A DNA stretch of 64,000 bases from Takakia lepidozioides (Eukaryota > Plantae > Bryophyta): NCBI GenBank assembly GCA_030704615.1, contig CM060734.1, positions 5,642,001 through 5,706,000 on the forward strand, given 5' to 3'. Each line of letters begins with the position of its first letter. Within the stretch, counting starts at the first letter, position 1. The notes beneath the pieces are model-generated. The model worked only from the letters and a program-made list of their open reading frames with translations. It did no database searches and was not told where the DNA came from. This document shows positions 1 through 12,780 of this stretch, piece by piece. The position numbers and the translations under genes were made by a program.

Positions 1-975
1 GACTCTCTTTTTGCAAGGCTTGTTTAAAATCTATAACCCTCTTGGCATTGTCTCATGTTGCTTCAACGCTGCTGTGTATATCCCAAGTGCCACCTGTCGT
101 ACCTTCCCCTGCATACAGTGTTCTTGATCTTGGTTCCACATGCTAAGGGACCCCATTTCATAATTGAAAGCATGTGATTGGAATTTGTCATGTGTGCTGC
201 ACACAGAATAATTTCAATACTGTTGTAGTGGGGTTAAGAATGCTCCTTGATGCAGTTGAGACCCTTTTTTTGTTCAGTAGATATCAAAGAGAAGGCCAAG
301 CACCAGTGCAAATGTCCATGCAATTAACAAATTACATGTGGCTTGCCTCTTGACATGTGCAATAACCATCAACAAGTCAGCTATGCAGCTTGAGCTGGCA
401 GCCAGTGTCTTGAAGATACATCATGGTGTTTGTGCTAGCCTGGAGCCTACTGACTGATATGTGAATATCAGCATGCTGAAGGAATGTATGACAATGAATG
501 TATTGCCCTTCTTTAGCAATGGAAGGTCCAAGTGATCCATGAAACTTACCAACTTGACGGTGATAATGGGTACTCTTTGTTACCTGATGTGAGCAGGATT
601 TGCAAGTGAAGTCATCACCACCACTGCAACCGCCACCACCGCCACAACCACCTACTGACCCTGCCATTATTTCACTTCAGGTTAGATGCCTTGCTTCGCT
701 GGCTTCCTTTGCTTTTCCTCTACAGTCACTTACAATAGTCTGTTCATTGCGCTGCCCATTGCTTTCTTGGCTTTGTTGGTTTCATGTGTTAATGCCAGCT
801 CTCTGCTGTGAGGGCTGCTGCTGTGCCCTGGGAACTCCAGGCTGAGATGTATACACTCGTGGACTAATCTTTGTTTGATGCCCGTGGGTGTGCATCATAA
901 TGAACATTTGTGGCATTGGTCAATAACTAAACTAACCTCTGCTGCCTGCATGTGCAGTTATATAGTTGTTCAGCG

Positions 976-2015
976 ATGGAGGATGTGGAGGGCGTCAACA
1001 ATGCCTACACCGAGTCCCAGCTTCCGGACTCCTGCGACACATTTGAGGAGACCCTTGCTCCTGACGTGGGTGCCTTTAGTCAACCAGCTGCCTCCAATGC
1101 AGGGACAGGAAGGGGAGGAGCTCCAGCTCGTGGTCATGGTAGGCGGGGGGGGAGTCCGGCGGAGCTGCACCGCAAGCAAAAGTCCGAGGACCGAATTGGA
1201 CAGAAGGAGAAGCCCTCATTCTTATAAAGCAGAAACGGCTGGAGTACGAGGACCGCCACCACCCAAACACAACCACCAGCAAAAAAATTGTCTATGGCAA
1301 GGACGCGTGGAAGAGCATAATGGAGGGGTGTCATGGAGTTGCAGAATTCAGACTGAGGGATGTGGAGCAAATTATCAACAAATGGGACACATTGCAGAAG
1401 CAATTCAAAAAATTGAAAGATTACTTGAGCTCCAGCGGAGCTAGTCCGTGGTGGGGGCTGTCCAAGGTGGAAAAGGTTGAAATTGTGAGGACCAGAAGAC
1501 TCCCTCTTGAACTTTCTGAGGCCATGTACAATGCAATGGACCCGTGGTTTGGGCAGAGGACAATATTTTCTACAACAATGCACACAGTTGTTGACACCGA
1601 TCGGAGGGCTTCCAACACCCCACAACGATTTTTACGTGCAGGCACCTCTTCTTCTATAGGCACAGCCACCCCTGTTGGTACTAGTACACTGCCATCCAGC
1701 ACCCCTACTGTCTCGGAGACAACCACTACGTCCTTGAGTGCACTGCAGCAGACACCTGCAACCTCCACTCCTGGCGATGGCACACCAGGTTCTAGTGGAC
1801 GGAAACGAAGGCAAATGGGGACTAACAACCTCGTCGACTTTGTTAAAGATTTTAACAACGACTACATGGGGCGAATGGAGGCTCAGGAAGTGGGACAGAA
1901 GAACATGGAGATCAAATGTCCTTGCTCTTGACAGGGAGCGTGAGTCCATGCTTGCCATGCTAGAAGCAAGTTTGGCTAGTATGGAGGAGAGGCTATACCA
2001 ATTGGAGGTGCAGAT
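976..2015 (+). pseudogene. Trihelix/Myb-SANT DNA-binding protein with C-terminal coiled coil, frameshifted (PIF/Harbinger ORF1-like)
   Basis: Reads RGPNWTEGEALILIKQKR...DAWKSIMEGC...QIINKWDTLQKQFKKLKDY...SPWWGLSK, a Myb_DNA-bind_4-type W-W-W trihelix signature. Frameshifts in the G-run at ~1145-1152 and near 1890. Coiled-coil tail ERESMLAMLEASLASMEERLYQLE. Confidence 0.75.
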
Positions 2016-2099
2016 CGCTCCCAAATTTGGCACGCACGTTGCACATGGAGTCATCACACGCCCCATTCAAAAACGGAATGAAAAAAAAAACAAATGCTT

Positions 2100-4260
2100 T
2101 ACTGATGATGGCCCACTCAATGGAGTCTTTGACAAGGTATCTGTCCTCTGTGTACTTGCTTTTAGTAAGTCGATCTGGCCCAAGTCGATGGTGTTTGGAG
2201 GACAACAGTGCTTTTACTTCATTTCTGTAATTTTGCCAGTCTGGCAATGGTTTTTGGGGGATGTCACTCTGGGGAAGCCCACCCTGACCCTCCCCAATGC
2301 CTTTAGAAGATATGAAGTTAAATGAGATAAAGGGTGGAGCTTGATCTGAAGGGGGGACGGAGGTACCTGCTCTGATGACAGTAAGACCACTTTCTCTTCA
2401 ACGCCAGTCTTGGCAAGCTCAGCTCTGATGACCAGCTTGATCTGTTGGGCAATCTGAGACTCGTAGTCTTCGGAACTGGCAGCAAATCTCTCCCAATGAT
2501 AAGGAAACAGTCAGAATCAGATAGGCGCCAGTCTTGTGGTATTCCATGAGGATTGAAATGTAGCCTGACGTCGGCGTGAAAATGATTGAATTTGGTGATA
2601 GGGTTATTTGATTGTCAATTGGCATTGGCATGAGTCTATGGGATCATAATGTGGATTAACCTGTACAACAACCCTGTATCAAAAATAGAAGTGGCATATG
2701 TGGTTGTGGTCACACTGCCATCCACTGTGGGGAAATATGCCCACTTTGGTTGGAAGAGAGGGAGAAGGCACTACAGTCTCTACAGGGTAAATTGAAAGGA
2801 TTTGGACTACGTAGTAGAACTACTAGCATTCTATGTAATACTCCTTATCTTCTATACCTTTTCCCTTTAGAGAGCTCATTGTCCTTTGCCTCCAGCTGGC
2901 TCTGTTTGACAGAGATAATACAGGATTTCCCAAACTAATGAGCGGCCACGTGAGTTGAAACAGAAGACAGGAAATTACACAGGACAGACTATAAACAAGC
3001 ACGCAAACCTTAGAAAGCCTGCCACCGGCCAATATTCTGGCAAGAGACTGAAAACCTGTCAACTTTTGGCGATTCAAACCAGAAAAAGTTGGATTTGCCC
3101 CCACAGAGATTTTGCAGCTGCCTTCTCCCTGGTTTTGTGACACTCTTCCTGGTGAAGAGACTTTAGGTGCTGCATATATATACTGCCCAATTGGTCCATT
3201 GGAAATGAAATGAAATGAAATGGTGCTTTATAACGTCCGCGGAAAGCTCGTAGAGCTTATGGGACAAAATGGAAGAGAGGTCAGATTGCAGAGACCAGCA
3301 AATGTACAGTTTTGAAAGAAAGTGAGAAGTTGTTCCAGACCTCTTCATTGACACCGAGTGACTGTCATTGTAGAGTGCATAGTGGAATGGCCTTTGAATT
3401 CCCAGCCCCGGGGAGTAGAAGTTCAATATGTAGACATTCAATATAGTCTGAATACATTTATACTACACTCATATTCCCATGCGTCGACGGGGCCTACCTT
3501 CATTCACCAAAAATTTCCCTTAAGCCGCTCAATCAGCCTATGGGATCCTCATCCCAATGCACCAAAAGTGTTTTGTCCCTGAGTATAGGGGCCATTAGGG
3601 GACTTTCTATGTTGAGAATTGTCCCTCTCATTCAAGGGGAAAATATTGGACTTCTGGGGATGGTTGGCCCTTGGGAGAGCACGTAGGTGCTCTCAGTAGC
3701 CCCACTCTTCCCTTTGTGGCTATGCATGCGACTTGACAACCCCACATCATCTTTGGATGGGTACTTTTACTCTCTCTTAAAATGTTTCTTTCTTGGGAAG
3801 GATCTTCAGTGGAGAGCAAGCAACAGGCTGCTTCCCTCTCTAAGCTCTGATGGAATCTACCATCTAATGGTGTGGGGTATCGTTTGTCAAATAGTGCAGT
3901 GCCATTCTGCCTGACTTTTGCACTCCAAGGTTCTATGATCCGTGTGAAATTTCTTTTCTTCTTGTGAGGAGCTCTGAGTACCCTCACTCAGCTCTGTTAG
4001 TGATGATGGGCTCCTGTACAATTTGTCAACCTCCTGTGCTGGCAAGTTTTTTGCTGATTGAGAAGTGTTTTGTTTAATTTTCTCAAATTGGACAAGTAAG
4101 CTTTCGTATCCGGCCTGTAAACTTTCAAGACACTCATCCTGGGGGGTAACTGTCACTTAGTTGACTGGTTGGGGTTTCGGGGACTCTATCTCTGGTTCAG
4201 ATGATTGCAAGCTCATAGACAACTTGCTAACCTCACATAGCCTAGGATATTCAGCTGTTA
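2100..4260 (-). mobile_element. Possible highly degraded LTR-retrotransposon gag-like remnant
   Basis: Broken minus-strand frames with a coiled-coil N-terminal stretch and a weak G-EDP-type gag-like motif near 3540-3570. No diagnostic motif is intact. Confidence 0.2.
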
Positions 4261-6226
4261 ACTTCCACCTGGTGATCATGGCTGTCTACTACTTCCAAGC
4301 AACTTCATGCGGCTGAATTGAGCTGAATTGGGCTGAAAGAGCAGTAACTGTACACCTACACACTTGCTAAGCAATCTCTAGGAATCCCACACGAATATGT
4401 ACAGATGCAGTAACACACCAAACAACAGTGAGACTGTCAACAGTCTCAAATAATTCGTGGAAAGCTATGGTTGAATGGGGGCCTGAAATGTTTGCATAAT
4501 TATAAAACACTGAGTAGTACATCCTCTGCCCAAAGAAAAAAACGAGGCCACTCCTGTGGAAACACTTATGTTTGGTTCAGAAACTATTCAACATTCTCTT
4601 CTATTTTGCTTACTTGATGTCGTAAAGTATGCAAGTGTGGCCAGCAGATGACAATCGTCTCTCAACTCAGCAACGGATTTGGGATTCGAATCTCATGTAA
4701 AGGTAACTGCGGGGGCTGTCGACCGTCTGATCCAGCATCCTCCGTCACGTGGTCACAATGTGGTTACCGTATGCAATCCAGTATTTGCACAAACAGACTC
4801 CAAAACAATGTATTTGTGAGGTCTGCATTGTGGCTGTGAGATGCCAACCTGGATCATCTGTAGGAGTAGAAACCCACGCGGATATGCTCGGATCTCATCG
4901 ATGTCATCGAATCGCAATGCTAGGGACATGCAGGTGCACTCTACAATTGAGTCATCGAAGTTGCACATTACATTGCCACACATTATGCTGAAAGTTGAGC
5001 TAGTTGAGAGTACCACAAATATACGGATTCTCTCCCAACCTCTTCAAATACATCTCGACTTTGGCAGCAGTTCGTGCACAATGTGCTTCATCCTTTGTCT
5101 AGACATCACCGGGGTGGTGTCAATGTAATTGCACATTATCCTGCTGCACACAGTGAAATTGATTAGTTTCCATCAATAGCACCTTAGGACAAGACAGATG
5201 GCATGAATGAAGGCTGGTGTAAACACACCTAGTTTTGTTTCTCGGGCATATGGCCTTCTCCACTAGGTCCATTGAGTAGTACCCAAAGCAAAAGTGTCTG
5301 TAGCCATGCCAATAATCTTCTATCTTGTGACAATAAAAAAAAATCAAGTCTGTAGCATGTTGGGGGGCTGCTCAGCAGAAAGCCCACCCTCGAGGCTATT
5401 CTTGGGTGAGGGGGGAGGGGATGGGAATGATCTTTGGCAGGATTCCAATAATCCTAGGCTTCGATTGTCTTCCTACCAGAGGGTAGTAGCAAGGTTATGT
5501 TGTTTTGTTGTTGATTGTCTACTAATGGAGTGCTTTGTTGCTAATGTGGTGCACTCCTATGTATGTCAGTTCAGGGATGAATCGGAGAGTAGGCATCAGT
5601 GACGAGTGGTGCTCAATGGCTGCACATAGTGCCGCAATACCAGACGTACAAACATTCACATCCTTTAAGCAGTAATGAATGAGACAAGTCCCCTCTGTAA
5701 AGTAACACCTTCATGTCGATCAGCCATGGCGCTAATGTGAGGGGGGTTCTTGGGCCTGGACTTACTCGGCTTCTCGGTAGCAAGAATTTCCAAAACTTGG
5801 AATTACAGTCTCGAAGCTTGTGGGAAATAAAGTTAACTACTCATCTCTGACAATCTCTGCAATGCTTACCCAAAAGCGGTGTCCCGCAATACCTCTTCCC
5901 TTCTTTGTTGCCCCCCAAACTTCGATGTTGATTGCCCAGCTGATTCCATGAAGCTCCTTCCCTCATACAAGCTTGGTTTCTCTTCATCGCAGCAACCGCT
6001 TCGTTCACTCCTACGTTCCCAGTTCCCAATCAAAAATCATGGATGAAGTAGGGATGAAAAATTTGGGAATTTTCATCTTCAAGTTATCCCGTTACCTGGC
6101 CTGTGCGGGCCTTGCGGGGAACACCTCTCAGTTGGCGCCCAGCTTCTTAGTCAACCGCACACTTTAAAAAACTTGGATAGTAGCATCGCCGGCCTGTGCT
6201 GCCCTGTGTGGCCAGGCCATTAGATA

Positions 6227-7008
6227 GAGTATGCCCTGGATAAATGTTACCTCTATAAACGTTAGATTACCATAAATGTTAAGAAACATTTATCCCCTAC
6301 TTGTGCACACTAGCAAATGTTAAGTGTTATTGTTAACCCAATTTACCGCCCTCTTGTTAATTTGCCCTCCATAAATGTTAAGCTTGTACCAGATAAAGGC
6401 TTCAACCTAAGAGGCGAAAGTATATAGTTCCAAACTAGATTTTGCAAGATTCCATCTTAAAACATAACCAATCAGAAACCAAAAAGTAAGTGGGTAATGT
6501 AAATACTAAGTGAATAGATGAAGCAAGTGTATATACAACATTCGAGATTGATATGGCTGGTTATTTCTGAGATACCAACAAATATATGTTCAGCATTTGA
6601 GACTTGACATTTTGCATGATGTTTCGAGAGAGACGCAATCAATAAAGTTTTATGTAGTAGTTGTACCTGCGTTAGCTATTTGTAAGTAGATGGTATCGAT
6701 TGGTCTTTTAGTGAGGGTAGTTAAAATATTCTTGAAATACCTATGCAGTTTTCTTTTTGGTTGTTGATAGGTAGGCCCCCCCACATCTAGTTAGATAGAA
6801 GTTAAGGATGAAAGACAAAGAGAGAATAGAATATATTACACTTTATTTCATAATTGTTAATTTCGTCATTTGTACATTTGTTATATGTTACATTCTGTAA
6901 ATGTTAATGTGCTACAACTAACCCCTTCATAAACTGTTAATGTGTTAACCTTGTTTAAATGTTATTTTTTTTCCTACTCCCGACTGTTAACATTATCCCG
7001 GCAGACTG
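6227..7008. mobile_element. MITE, Tc1/mariner-pogo-like (TA TSD)
   Basis: Imperfect TIRs GAGTATGCCCTGGATAAATGTTAC / (rc) CAGTCTGCCGGGATAATGTTAAC. TA at 6225-6226 and 7009-7010. AT-rich interior with many AAATGTTAA subterminal repeats. Confidence 0.65.
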
Positions 7009-8329
7009 TAAGACTTGTTGACCATCGTCTTGCTGCATCCTGGCATTTCTAGCGTTGATGGACCAGCTGGACCTGCTTTCATGGTCTGTGCCTCTCCGAA
7101 ATTAGGTACCTAGTCCGAGGCAATCCTAGATCGCCGCCTGCTGCTTGTAGGGGAAGGTCTGACGAGAAGAGCCTGCCGGCACCAACAGATGGAGCCTCTT
7201 AAAGACTCCAAGTGGCCAGGGAGTCCAACTCCAACCGCACTGACACAAAAGAGGCTACAGTAGCGTGATCGCACCATGTGTCCATAACGGAGTTCAAAAT
7301 CGTGATCTACACATGGTCACCGCAAAAACAAGATAATGAAGCGGCAGAGGGCCCGAGCCATCAAGGAAGGCCCGCATGAAGGAGCCTGACACGGTACTGG
7401 ACATGGCTGATTGAATACCATATTATATGTCCCGCGGAAGCTTGGTCCAAGTAGGGGCATGGTCATCAGTAAATGTGCGCCGACTGCAGGCGAGAGAAGA
7501 AGAGGCACCGAAGCACGCACAGTGTCAGACAAGGGGCACGTGGCGGGAGGTGGACTTTGTCCCTAGTAGCAAAGGGGGGCTGCAGGGAATCAGAGGGCCG
7601 TTGTCATGCACGGGTCCTTGAGGGTAGTCTGCAGGTTGGGCGCGCCACCCTCTCGGCGACTAAAATGCTGGCTCTGTCGATCTTGTCACTTACGAGCGCG
7701 CTGCGAGCACTGTTTGCGCGGGATGCAGAGTTTGGAAGCAGCGCTGTGATTGCTAGAGAGAGATGTGAGTGAGGTGCGGGGTTGTTGGGCTGAGGAGAGA
7801 ATGTACCTACCCATGAGATGCTGTTTCCCGGACCCAGATTTCCCTTCACACTCCTATCATCAATCTGCTGTGTGTGTGCTGCCCAGCAATTAGAGGCCCG
7901 GCCTCGAGATTTTGGGTGCAGGACAGAGACGAGCGGGAGCGGGAGCGGCAGGAATCACGAGCGCCAGCAACCGACAGCATACTGCGCATGGCGGAGTGGT
8001 AGGGAGGGAGGGAGAGAGAGGAGGTGGTGGGGGGGGGGGGGGGGTGGGGCGCGGCCATCGCTCACTCCGACCCGCATCCGCATCGCACGTCGCACGCAAC
8101 TCCACGCACGCGGGGCGCACACACGCGCGCGGACACACGGCCGAAGGGCCGGCCGGAGCGCCGCCCCCCGGTGCCGCGCACACGTGCGGAGGTGCTGTGG
8201 CTGGCGTCCGGCTGCTGCGCGCTTGACCTGGAGGAGGGGGTTGGGCGGGTGGAGGGAGGGGGAGAGACTTGGGGCAGTAGGAGGAAGAGACGAGACAGAG
8301 GGAGGGGGGGAAAGGAGGGGTATGTGTGC

Positions 8330-9151
8330 ATGGCTGGGGTGGAAGGTGGTACAGAAGTGGGCGCGCGGGCCTCACAGCAGGGACTCACATCGGAGGAGGA
8401 GCAGAGTGGGAGCAGCGGGCCTGGGAGATCTAGGAAGAGGGGCAAGCTGAAAGGACGGGGCAGCGCTGGGCAGGGCGAGGGCACCAGGAAGCCCAGGGGC
8501 CGTCCGCCTGGCTCCAAGAACAAGCCCAAGCCGCCCATCATCATCACTCGTGACAACGGAAATGCGATGCGGCCTCATGTGCTAGAGGTGGCTGGGGGGT
8601 GCGATGTGGGGGAGAGCGTTGCCTCGTTTGCGAGGCGCAGGCAGCGGGGAGTGTGTGTGATGGGCGGCAGTGGCACCGTGTCCAACGTGACGCTGCGGCA
8701 GCCAGCTACTCCAGGGGCCACTGTCACATTCCATGGCCGGTTTGAAATAATCTCGCTCTCAGGTGCTTTCTTGCCCCCGCCCTCCCCTGCGCCTACTACA
8801 GGACTCACCATCTCACTCGCTGGCGCAGCTGGGCAAGTACTCGGGGGCAGTGTGGTGGGTGTACTAATGGCAGCAGGCCCCGTGCTAGTCATCGCGGCCT
8901 CCTTTATGGGTGCAACCTACGACCGCCTCCCGCTGGACGACGACGACGGGATGGCCCCGATGGCGCCTTCTGCATCCCCGGCAGTGGTGATGCAGGCTCC
9001 TGATCTTTCATATCCTGCAAGCATGCAGTCTCTGTACAACATTGTGCCCCAAAACACAAACATTAGCAACCAGGCGCAATTGTCTACTCAAGATGTGTTG
9101 AGTCAATGGGCGGCTGGCAGTAGTCATAGTCAACGGCCCCCTCCATACTAG
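8330..9151 (+). CDS. AHL: AT-hook motif nuclear-localized protein, clade A type (single AT-hook + PPC/DUF296), intronless, 273 aa
   Basis: AT-hook [17 protein letters not shown] followed by PPC domain (HVLEV..G.DV.ES...[24 protein letters not shown]...[14 protein letters not shown]...[16 protein letters not shown]). ATG at 8330 is the first in-frame ATG of ORF 8024-9151. Confidence 0.95.
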   Translation: MAGVEGGTEVGARASQQGLTSEEEQSGSSGPGRSRKRGKLKGRGSAGQGEGTRKPRGRPPGSKNKPKPPIIITRDNGNAMRPHVLEVAGGCDVGESVASFARRRQRGVCVMGGSGTVSNVTLRQPATPGATVTFHGRFEIISLSGAFLPPPSPAPTTGLTISLAGAAGQVLGGSVVGVLMAAGPVLVIAASFMGATYDRLPLDDDDGMAPMAPSASPAVVMQAPDLSYPASMQSLYNIVPQNTNISNQAQLSTQDVLSQWAAGSSHSQRPPPY

Positions 9152-11862
9152 CAACTCATGTGAGCCCCTCTTGGGATTTCGAAACACCCAGGTCGCGTGG
9201 TTCTGTTTTTAAGATCTGACAAATCCAGCTCACTTGGGACACTCAGCGTAGCTGTAGTCTGAATACTGGCGCACTGCCCTTTCCGCTCTTGATCGGGGAC
9301 CATTTACTGAGATCAGTGAAATTGCTATTCATGGAACCTTTCATGTAAATGACAGAGGATCCCGTTGTTGATTCTTGATTAAACCACCTGGTAGTTGACC
9401 TTGTAGAAGTTCAATCACACTCGCTTGTCGCTACACACAACCTGTCTCTCTCTCTCTCTCGTCTACTTTGTTCAGTGAATCTACGTGTGAATAGGAACAT
9501 CTACCAGATCATACACAGTTCCAGGTTCCAACATCCAAGGCTGCCTTGCAAACGTTGCTTATAACAAATCGCAACTGTTGGATCTCCTCTTTTTCTATGT
9601 GCAACAGGTAAATTGGGATAGAGCTGACTAGTGGCAATGACGATCTACAGGCGCACAGTCTCAAAGAAGAGTCACCTGGACTCTTGGGCTTGATGACTGA
9701 ATTGGGGCTGCCTTTTCCGATCAGTCTAGATCACCAGAGGCAGTCTGCTTGGGCTATAGAGTTTTAGGTCAGTTTCACTCGAGGGATTTTTGGTAGTCCA
9801 CTTGTAGTTCTGTTGTCTTTTTGGTTGACCTCTCTGTGCAGTAAAAGTGCACATTTCAGCCGCACAGTTGACATGACCTTCGAACCCATCACATGGGACT
9901 AGAGGTACGGTCAATCCAACATTGTGAGTGATATTCTCCTGTAAGCACAAGTTGATGATGGCCGTGTGGAGATTCAAATTGATTGGCACACTCCTCTTTC
10001 GAAGAACACCTTTCAAGAATTTCTGCGCCCGGTACATATATGGTGTGAAACTTAAGAATTAAGAATGTCCACACTTAAGAATGTCCTGAATGAGTACCTA
10101 CTCTATAGGTCTCTAGACGATTTCAACTACAAAACACCCTTTTTCATATTTGTGTCCTGCCAATGTCTCACAAGTGGAATTGGATTGTGCAGATGACACT
10201 CCAGTAAATTGTTCTCAAGAGATGTCATCCAGGTCAAGACACGACACGCCAGAAAATGTTCAAAAGATCTTCCGAAGCAAGCCAGACCCTGCCTTGAGTC
10301 TTCAGACGAGGCTTTGGACATGTTTGGAAGCTGAAAAGGTCTACCAGCCCAGGATAAGCCAGGTATTTTGTGTCTAATTTCTGGAGCATTTCAAGTTCTT
10401 TTTGTGTGAGAATTGAATCAACGATGGACACATTCTAAATTATTCCCAAGCTGAACTGCTTCTTTCGCTGACTCAATGCTATTCAGTTGTCAATTACCAC
10501 GTAACATCATTTGACTCGGTTCTGTGAGCTTTTATGAGCATTAGACCCGTGCTAGTGAGATTTTTTGATGAACACTAACTGGCTCTATATCTGGTCTATG
10601 CGTTCTAGATCACTGGTTGAGTTGCAAACCTAGGCCTAAACTGCACTTAGCAGAAAACACATGCAAGAAAGCCTCAAATGTCTGGCCAATACGAACCTAT
10701 ATCAGAGGCTGGCAGCCCTCCCGAGTACAGCAATGCTTGTCTCTCAGCCTACAGATTATGCCAACTTTGTATATGACTAAGTACCTTGTGCTCAAGAAAC
10801 ACAACTCCTGAGATCCCCTGTCCGCAGTTCTAGACGGCCAACAAAGTTTTGTCAACTACGAGTGTGTGGGTAATCACAGGGGATTGTACCACAGGGATTG
10901 TACATGTGCCTGGAGCCTTGGTGCACGACGAATAAAGTTTCTCAGGATTTCCATTGCAGGACTTTTGCATCTTTTGTCACTTTTGGATAGGAAAGTTCTG
11001 ACTGGTCAGTTTGAATGGTATGAGTATTTTTTTTTTTTTCTCATACTTTTTTCTCACTCACCAAATTGTTCCCTAGCCATTGGTAATGTTGGCGGACTAG
11101 GGCTCTTCCATTAGTAGGCAGGGATCCCCCATTCATGATTAAATGCAGATTGCTATGGAAAAATTGAAGAACCAAGACTATGTGTCCAGAGCGTGTGGGT
11201 GATTATGAAAATGAGTCTTCACTTGGACTAGCACATGTATCAATCAGCATGGGCAGCTAGCAGCCTGATGGGTTGACCACTCGTTGGAAGATGGGCCTTG
11301 ATATTTCAGAGGTGCAGAATCTCAACTCGGATTTCCATGTGTCTGTAGTTTAAACTGGGAAAATGTTCAAATCAGGAACCCTTACTACTGACCGCCCCAA
11401 ATGGTTAGCTGATCATATGCTAGCTGCTGTAAGCACCCTGTAGTCAAGGTGTGCACTGTCCAAATGGAAATAAGGAGATTTATAGCCGGTTGAAATCTTC
11501 CTGCTTTCAACACAAGGTGCTCATTCAAGCTGTTGCATATTCGTCACCTTCTACGGTACCCTGCTTTAGACTATTTCTTTCTTGCGATTGCTGACAGTTA
11601 GTTGGGTACATGCAAAGCTTTAATTGGTGCACACGTTCCTGTGTACCTTAGAGAGTATGTGTTCCAGAATAGAATACGTTGAATTAGATTTTTTTTTTTT
11701 TTTTTTTGGTTTTAAGACTTCTTAATCTTCTTATTTCACATGACTGGAGCTGCTTAATTTAACATATGGATAGAGTTAATCTTAAAGTTGAATCTCAGCA
11801 TGATATTCTAACCTCAAGAGTCAGGCACCTTCAATGATATGAATTCGTCTTAAGTTATGAGA

Positions 11863-11987
11863 AAGGTTCTTGTTGAATCAGTAACCAGGTGAACGTAGTC
11901 ACAAATTGTTTGCATCTTAAAATCATCCATCTCAAGTGATAATCTCGAGCTGGTAAGGTTCTTGTTGTATCAGTAACCAGGTGAACG
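11863..11987. repeat. 33-bp direct repeat, 2 copies
   Basis: AAGGTTCTTGTTG(A/T)ATCAGTAACCAGGTGAACG at 11863-11895 and 11955-11987, one mismatch. Confidence 0.85.
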
Positions 11988-12075
11988 CGACAAACTGTGT
12001 AGCCTCAACCAAAGCCTGTGTATGCCTGGGAGTTAACATGCTGGATACGCTAGATGGAAAGGTGGTTTACATATA

Positions 12076-12780
12076 GGGTAGAAGCACCGCATGTGCCCCA
12101 TAGTGGCGCTCAAAAGTGCGCCCATGGTGCAAGAAAGTATGCCCATTTTTGGAACGTGTCAGCGCCATGATAGGCCGGCAAGCTTACCCAAAGAGGAATG
12201 AACTACACTACACCATTCATGAAATCACTTTACACTCAAATTATCCTAGGTAGATGAACTTTACTGAAATTTGTTCCAACTACAAAATACTGGGGCTCAT
12301 CAAGAGCTTTCCAATGATATCTTTATTTCCTAAAATGGTTAAAATGGTTAAAATCCAAGGTACCAAATGAGCAATATATCTTGTGCGCCATGATGGGCCC
12401 ACTTGTTTTACCCTTAAATTGCTATAGGTAGATGTCCTCTAATGAAAATTGCTCCAACTACAAAAAGATGGGCCACATTAAGCGCTTTCCAATGGTATTT
12501 TTTATTTGTTTTTTGATTACCATCTCAAGTAGAAAAGATATTAATGAGATATGAATGAGTCATGATAGGAACAAGGTGCGCCACAGACTGACACTGACAT
12601 CCTCTACTTCTATCCACTTTTAATAGCAGATAAAGTCAGAATCTCGTTTAACTTTCAACTAAGAAAAATTGTGTTATCTTAAGAGCTTTCTGTTAAGGTC
12701 TTACATGATCTCATAGGTTAAAAGCACAAACAGTTATTATATTTACCCATTTTCCTGCGCCATGAAGAGTGCTTCTACCC
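12076..12780. mobile_element. Non-autonomous TIR DNA transposon (MITE)
   Basis: TIR GGGTAGAAGCAC / GTGCTTCTACCC with TA on both sides. Three internal copies of CAACTA..AAA...A(A/G)(G/C)GCTTTC about 180-200 bp apart. Confidence 0.75.

Noticed and set aside
1-720. Harbinger DDE nuclease divergent from the Myb ORF
   Set aside because: No DDE_Tnp_4 motifs could be read in the minus-strand frames.
4753-5350. SWIM/MULE-like remnant (VECTC)
   Set aside because: The CxH half of the motif is not recoverable; too degraded to call.
7818-8892. Several long overlapping ORFs and the 8024-8329 N-terminal extension of AHL
   Set aside because: GC-rich sequence poor in stop codons. The extension has no ATG start and is low complexity.
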